Positions 55,901 through 64,000 of a stretch of 64,000 nucleotides of DNA are shown here, piece after piece. Where the stretch lies: contig JANJGN010000163.1 of assembly GCA_026770705.1 (NCBI GenBank), positions 372,001-436,000 of the forward strand. The letters run 5' to 3'. This DNA comes from Isurus oxyrinchus. Lineage: Eukaryota. The translations under genes and the position numbers were made by a program. The notes beneath the pieces are model-generated. The model was not told the origin of the DNA. It worked only from the letters and a program-made list of their open reading frames with translations, and did not search any database. Within the stretch, counting starts at the first letter, position 1; the number at the start of each line of letters is the position of its first letter.

Positions 55901-58900
55901 AATTAGATATCAGACTTGGGATGTCAACCTGGAATTGACAATCTAATTAGATATCAAACTTGGGATGTCAACCTGGAATTGACAATCTAATTAGATATCA
56001 GACTTGGGATGTCAACCTGGAATTTACAATCTAATTAGATATCAAACTTGGGATGTCAACCTAGAATTGACAATCTAATTAGATATCATACTTGGGATGT
56101 CAACCTGGAATTGACAATCTAATTAGATATGAAACTTGGGATGTCAACCTGGAATTGACAATCTAATTAGATATCAGACTTGGGATGTCAACCTGGAATT
56201 GACAATCTAATTAGATATCAGACTTGGGATGTCAACCTGGAATTGAGAATCTAATTAGATATCAGTCTTGGGATGTCAACTTTGAATTGACAATCTAATT
56301 TGATATCAAACTTGGGATGTCAACCTGGAATTGACGATCTAATTAGATATCAGACTTGGGATGTCAACCTGGAATTGACAATCTAATTAGATATCACACT
56401 TGGGATGTCAACCTGGATTTGACAATCTAATTAGATATCAGACTTGGGATGTCAACCTGGAATTGACAATCTAATTAGATATCAGACTTGGGATGTCAAC
56501 CTGGAATTGACAATCTCATTAGATATCAGACTTGGGATGTCAACCTGGAATTGACAATCTAATTAGATATCAGACTTGGGATGTCAACTTGGAATTGACA
56601 ATCTAATTAGCTATCAAACTTGGGATGTCAACCTGGAATTGACAATCTAATTAGATATCAGACTTGGGATGTCAATCTGGAATTGACAATCTAATTAGAT
56701 ATCAGACTTGGAGTGACAACTTGGAATTGACAATCTAATTAGATATCACACTTGGGATGTCAACCTGGATTTGACAATCTAATTAGATATCAGACTTGGG
56801 ATGTCAACCTGGAATTGACAATCTCATTAGATATCAAACTTGGGATGTCAACCTGGAATTGACAATCTAATTAGATATCAGACTTGGGATGTCAACCTGG
56901 AATTGACAATCTAATTAGATATCAGACTTGGGATGTCAACCAGGAATTGACAATCTAATTAGATATCAGACTTGGGATGTCAACCTGGAATTGACAATCT
57001 AATTAGATATCAGACTTGGGATGTCAACCTGGAATTGACAATCTAATTAGATATCAAACTTGGGATGTCAACCTGGAATTGACGATCTAATTAGATATCA
57101 GACTTGGGATGTCAACCTGGAATTGACAATCTAATTAGATATCAGACTTGGGATGTCAACCTGGATTTGACAATCTAATTAGATATCAGACTTGGGATGT
57201 CAACCTGGAATTGACAATCTCATTAGATATCAGACTTGGGATGTCAACCTGGAATTGACAATCTCATTAGATATCAGACTTGGGATGTCAACCTGGAATT
57301 GACAATCTAATTAGATATCAGACTTGGGATGTCAACTTGGAATTGACAATCTAATTAGATATCAAACTTGGGATGTCAACCTGGAATTGACAATCTAATT
57401 AGATATCAGACTTGGGATGTCAATCTGGAATTGACAATCTAATTAGATATCAAACTTGGGATGTCAACCTGGAATTGACAATCTAATTAGATATCAAACT
57501 TGGGATGTCAACTTGGAATTGACAATCTAATTAGATATCAGACTTGGGATGTCAACCTGGAATTGACAATCTAATTAGATATCAAAATTGGGATGTCAAC
57601 CTAGAATTGACATTCTAATTAGATATCAGACTTGGGATGTCAACCTGGAATTGACAATCTAATTAGATATCACACTTGGGATATCAACCTGGAATTGAAA
57701 ATCTAATTAGATATCAGACTTGGGATGTCAACCTGGAATTGACAATCTAATTAGATATCAGACTTGGGATGTCAACCTGGAATTGACAATCTCATTAGAT
57801 ATCAGACTTGGGATGTCAACCTGGAATTGACAATCTAATTAGATAGCAAACTTGGGATGTCAACCTGGAATTGACAATCTAATTAGATATCAGACTTGGG
57901 ATGTCAACCTGGAATTGACAATCTAATTAGATATCACACTTGGGATGTCAACCTGGATTTGACAATCTAATTAGATATCAGACTTGGGATGTCAACCTGG
58001 AATTGACAATCTAATTAGATATCAGACTTGGGATGTCAACCTGGAATTGACAATCTCATTAGATATCAGACTTGGGATGTCAACCTGGAATTGACAATCT
58101 AATTAGATATCAGACTTGGGATGTCAACTTGGAATTGACAATCTAATTAGATATCAAACTTGGGATGTCAACCTGGAATTGACAATCTAATTAGATATCA
58201 GACTTGGGATGTCAATCTGGAATTGACAATCTAATTAGATATCAGACTTGGGGTGTCAACTTGGAATTGACAATCTAATTAGATATCAAACTTGGGATGT
58301 CAACCTGGAATTGACAATCTAATTCGATATCAAACTTGGGATGTCAACTTGGAATTGACAATCTAATTAGATATCAAACTTGGGATGTCAACCTTGAATT
58401 GACAATCTAATTAGATATCAAACTTGGGATGTCAACCTGGAATTGACAATCTAATTAGATATCAGACTTGGGATGTCAACCTGGAATTGACAATCTAATT
58501 AGATATCAAAATTGGGATGTCAACCTAGAATTGACAATCTAATTAGATATCAGACTTGGGATGTCAACCTGGAATTGACAATCTAATTAGATATCACTCT
58601 TGGGATATCAACCTGGAATTGACAATCTAATTAGATATCAGACTTGGGATGTCAACCTGGAATTGACAATCTAATTAGATATCAGACTTGGGATGTCAAC
58701 TTGGAATTGACAATCTAATTAGATATCAGACTTGGGATGTCAATGTGGAATTGACAATCTAATTAGATATCAGACTTGGGATGTCAACTTGGAATTGACA
58801 ATCTAATTAGATATCAGACTTGGGATGTCAACCTGGAATTGACAATCTAATTAGATATCAGACTTGGGATGTCAACTTGGAATTGACAAACTAATTAGAT

Positions 58901-61900
58901 ATCACTCCTGGGATGTCAACCTGGATTTGACAATCTAATTAGATATCAGACTTGGGATGTCAACTTGGAATTGACAATCTAATTAGATATCAGACTTGGG
59001 ATGTCAACCTGGAATTGACAATCTAATTAGAAATCAGACTTGGGATGTCGACTTGGAATTGACAATCGAATTAGATATCAGACTTGGGATGTCAATCTGG
59101 AATTGACAATCTAATTAGATATCAGACTTGGGATGTCAACCAGCTATTGACAATCTAATTAGATATCAGACTTGGGATGTCAACTTGGAATTGACAATCT
59201 AATTAGATATCAAACTTGGGATGTCAACCTGGAATTGACAATCTAATTAGATATCAAACTTGGGATGTCAACTTGGAATTGACAATCTAATTAGATATCA
59301 GACTTGGGATGTCAACCTGGAATTGACAATCTAATTAGATATCAAAATTGGGATGTCAACCTAGAATTGACAATCTAATTAGATATCAGACTTGGGATGT
59401 CAACCTGGAATTGACAATCTAATTAGATATCACACTTGGGATATCAACCTGGAATTGACAATCTAATTAGATATCAGACTTGGGATTTCAACCTGGAATT
59501 GACAATCTAATTAGATATCAGACTTGGGATGTCAACCTGGAATTGACAATCTCATTAGATATCAGACTTGGGATGTCAAACTGGAATTGACAATCTAATT
59601 AGATATCAGACTTGGGATGTCAACCTGGAATTGACAATCTAATTAGATATCAGACTTGGGATGTCAACTTGGAATTGACAATCTAATTAGATATCAGACT
59701 TGGCATGTCAACCTGGAATTGACGATCTAATTAGATATCAGACTTGGGATGTCAACCTGGAATTGACAATCTAATTAGATATCACACTTGGGATGTCAAC
59801 CTGGATTTGACAATCTAATTAGATATCAGACTTGGGATGTCAAACTGGAATTGACAATCTAATTAGATATCAGACTTGGGATGTCAACCTGGAATTGACA
59901 ATCTCATTTGATATCAGACTTGGGATGTCAACCTGGAATTGACAATCTAATTAGATATCAGACTTGGGATGTCAACTTGGAATTGACAATCTAATTAGCT
60001 ATCAAACTTGGGATGTCAACCTGGAATTGACAATCTAATTAGATATCAGACTTGGGATGTCAATCTGGAATTGACAATCTAATTAGATATCAGACTTGGA
60101 GTGTCAACTTGGAATTGACAATCTAATTAGATATCACACTTGGGATGTCAACCTGGATTTGACAATCTAATTAGATATCAGACTTGGGATGTCAACCTGG
60201 AATTGACAATCTCATTAGATATCAAACTTGGGATGTCAACCTGGAATTGACAATCTAATTAGATATCAGACTTGGGATGTCAACCTGGAATTGACAATCT
60301 AATTAGATATCAGACTTGGGATGTCAACCAGGAATTGACAATCTAATTAGATATCAGACTTGGGATGTCAACCTGGAATTGACAATCTAATTAGATATCA
60401 GACTTGGGATGTCAACCTGGAATTGACAATCTAATTAGATATCAAACTTGGGATGTCAACCTGGAATTGACGATCGAATTAGATATCAGACTTGGGATGT
60501 CAACCTGGAATTGACAATCTCATTAGATATCAGACTTGGGATGTCAACCTGGAATTGACAATCTAATTAGATATCAGACTTGGGATGTCAACTTGGAATT
60601 GACAATCTAATTAGATATCAAACTTGGGATGTCAACCTGGAATTGACAGTCTAATTAGATATCAGACTTGGGATGTCAATCTGGAATTGACAATCTAATT
60701 AGATATCAAACTTGGGATGTCAACCTGGAATTGACAATCTAATTAGATATCAAACTTGGGATGTCAACTTGGAATTGACAATCTAATTAGATATCAGACT
60801 TGGGATGTCAACCTGGAATTGACAATCTAATTAGATATCAAAATTGGGATGTCAACCTAGAATTGACATTCTAATTAGATATCAGACTTGGGATGTCAAC
60901 CTGGAATTGACAATCTAATTAGATATCACACTTGGGATATCAACCTGGAATTGAAAATCTAATTAGATATCAGACTTGGGATGTCAACCTGGAATTGACA
61001 ATCTAATTAGATATCAGACTTGGGATGTCAACCTGGAATTGACAATCTCATTAGATATCAGACTTGGGATGTCAACCTGGAATTGACAATCTAATTAGAT
61101 ATCAAACTTGGGATGTCAACCTGGAATTAACAATCTAATTAGATATCAGACTTGGGATGTCAACCTGGAATTGACAATCTAATTAGATATCACACTTGGG
61201 ATGTCAACCTGGATTTGACAATCTAATTAGATATCAGACTTGGGATGTCAACCTGGAATTGACAATCTAATTAGATATCAGACTTGGGATGTCAACCGGG
61301 AATTGACAATCTCATTAGATATCAGACTTGGGATGTCAACCTGGAATTGACAATCTAATTAGATATCAGACTTGGGATGTCAACTTGGAATTGACAATCT
61401 AATTAGATATCAAACTTGGGATGTCAACCTGGAATTGACAATCTAATTAGATATCAGACTTGGGATGTCAATCTGGAATTGACAATCTAATTAGATATCA
61501 GACTTGGGGTGTCAACTTGGAATTGACAATCTAATTAGATATCAAACTTGGGATGTCAACCTGGAATTGACAATCTAATTCGATATCAAACTTGGGATGT
61601 CAACTTGGAATTGACAATCTAATTAGATATCAAACTTGGGATGTCAACCTTGAATTGACAATCTAATTAGATATCAAACTTGGGATGTCAACCTGGAATT
61701 GACAATCTAATTAGATATCAGACTTGGGATGTCAACCTGGAATTGACAATCTAATTAGATATCAAAATTGGGATGTCAACCTAGAATTGACAATCTAATT
61801 AGATATCAGACTTGGGATGTCAACCTGGAATTGACAATCTAATTAGATATCACTCTTGGGATATCAACCTGGAATTGACAATCTAATTAGATATCAGACT

Positions 61901-64000
61901 TGGGATGTCAACCTGGAATTGACAATCTAATTAGATATCAGACTTGGGATCTCAACCTGGAATTGACAATCTAATTAGAAATCAGACTTGGGATGTCAAC
62001 TTGGAATTGACAATCTAATTAGATATCAGACTTGGGATGTCAATGTGGAATTGACAATCTAATTAGATATCAGACTTGGGATGTCAACCTGGAATTGACA
62101 ATCTAATTAGATATCACTCTTGGGATATCAACCTGGAATTGACAATCTAATTAGATATCAGACTTGGGATGTCAACCTGGAATTGACAATCTAATTAGAT
62201 ATCAGACTTGGGATCTCAACCTGGAATTGACAATCTAATTAGAAATCAGACTTGGGATGTCAACTTGGAATTGACAATCTAATTAGATATCAGACTTGGG
62301 ATGTCAATGTGGAATTGACAATCTAATTAGATATCAGACTTGGGATGTCAACTTGGAATTGACAATCTAATTAGATATCAGACTTGGGATGTCAACCTGG
62401 AATTGACAATCTAATTAGATATCAGACTTGGGATGTCAACTTGGAATTGACAAACTAATTAGATATCACTCCTGGGATGTCAACCTGGATTTGACAATCT
62501 AATTAGATATCAGACTTGGGATGTCAACTTGGAATTGACAATCTAATTAGATATCAGACTTGGGATGTCAACCTGGAATTGACAATCTAATTAGAAATCA
62601 GACTTGGGATGTCGACTTGGAATTGACAATCGAATTAGATATCAGACTTGGGATGTCAATCTGGAATTGACAATCTAATTAGATATCAGACTTGGGATGT
62701 CAACCAGCTATTGACAATCTAATTAGATATCAGACTTGGGATGTCAACTTGGAATTGACAATCTAATTAGATATCAAACTTGGGATGTCAACCTGGAATT
62801 GACAATCTAATTAGATATCAAACTTGGGATGTCAACTTGGAATTGACAATCTAATTAGATATCAGACTTGGGATGTCAACCTGGAATTGACAATCTAATT
62901 AGATATCAAAATTGGGATGTCAACCTAGAATTGACAATCTAATTAGATATCAGACTTGGGATGTCAACCTGGAATTGACAATCTAATTAGATATCACACT
63001 TGGGATATCAACCTGGAATTGACAATCTAATTAGATATCAGACTTGGGATTTCAACCTGGAATTGACAATCTAATTAGATATCAGACTTGGGATGTCAAC
63101 CTGGAATTGACAATCTCATTAGATATCAGACTTGGGATGTCAAACTGGAATTGACAATCTAATTAGATATCAGACTTGGGATGTCAACCTGGAATTGACA
63201 ATCTAATTAGATATCAGACTTGGGATGTCAACTTGGAATTGACAATCTAATTAGATATCAGACTTGGCATGTCAACCTGGAATTGACGATCTAATTAGAT
63301 ATCAGACTTGGGATGTCAACCTGGAATTGACAATCTAATTAGATATCACACTTGGGATGTCAACCTGGATTTGACAATCTAATTAGATATCAGACTTGGG
63401 ATGTCAAACTGGAATTGACAATCTAATTAGATATCAGACTTGGGATGTCAACCTGGAATTGACAATCTCATTTGATATCAGACTTGGGATGTCAACCTGG
63501 AATTGACAATCTAATTAGATATCAGACTTGGGATGTCAACTTGGAATTGACAATCTAATTAGCTATCAAACTTGGGATGTCAACCTGGAATTGACAATCT
63601 AATTAGATATCAGACTTGGGATGTCAATCTGGAATTGACAATCTAATTAGATATCAGACTTGGAGTGTCAACTTGGAATTGACAATCTAATTAGATATCA
63701 CACTTGGGATGTCAACCTGGATTTGACAATCTAATTAGATATCAGACTTGGGATGTCAACCTGGAATTGACAATCTCATTAGATATCAAACTTGGGATGT
63801 CAACCTGGAATTGACAATCTAATTAGATATCAGACTTGGGATGTCAACCTGGAATTGACAATCTAATTAGATATCAGACTTGGGATGTCAACCAGGAATT
63901 GACAATCTAATTAGATATCAGACTTGGGATGTCAACCTGGAATTGACAATCTAATTAGATATCAGACTTGGGATGTCAACCTGGAATTGACAATCTAATT
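4997..64000. repeat. 44-bp satellite DNA array, 1341 monomers, consensus AGATATCAGACTTGGGATGTCAACCTGGAATTGACAATCTAATT
   Basis: The array starts abruptly at 4997 (ctgcgg|AGATATC). 59004 bp / 44 = 1341 exactly. Monomers usually differ from the consensus by 0-3 substitutions, all are head-to-tail in one orientation, and no insertions of other sequence were seen. The consensus has an EcoRV site (GATATC) and no CpG. Confidence 0.99.

Noticed and set aside
4997-64000. CRISPR-like array, or repeated bacterial sigma70 -35 boxes (TTGACA) and operator-like dyads
   Set aside because: There are no unique spacers and no cas or other bacterial genes, and the context is vertebrate (V segment with RSS).
1-64000. 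Arrays as immunoglobulin switch regions or telomeric repeats
   Set aside because: There is no AGCT/GAGCT-GGGGT enrichment, no constant-region exons and no TTAGGG units.

Overview
Eukaryotic (jawed-vertebrate) DNA that is about 97% tandem repeat. From left to right: (1) a 22-bp minisatellite array (1-3502, about 159 copies, starts before the window); (2) a roughly 1.5-kb unique island (3503-4996) holding one T-cell receptor beta-type V exon most similar to the TRBV30 clade, with an open frame, a phase-1 splice acceptor and a canonical 23-bp-spacer RSS (CACAGCC-23-ACAAAAACC), followed by a 144-N assembly gap and C-rich tracts; (3) a 44-bp satellite (4997-64000, 1341 monomers, reaches the window end) that is rich in dyad symmetry, shows no net indel, and has nested higher-order duplications. 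The repetitive ORFs in 1-3600 are artefacts of the 22-bp repeat. No prokaryotic features are supported. The most notable observation is an apparently recombination-competent V segment isolated between two satellites, with its RSS facing a satellite of at least 59 kb. That adjacency crosses an assembly gap and needs confirmation.
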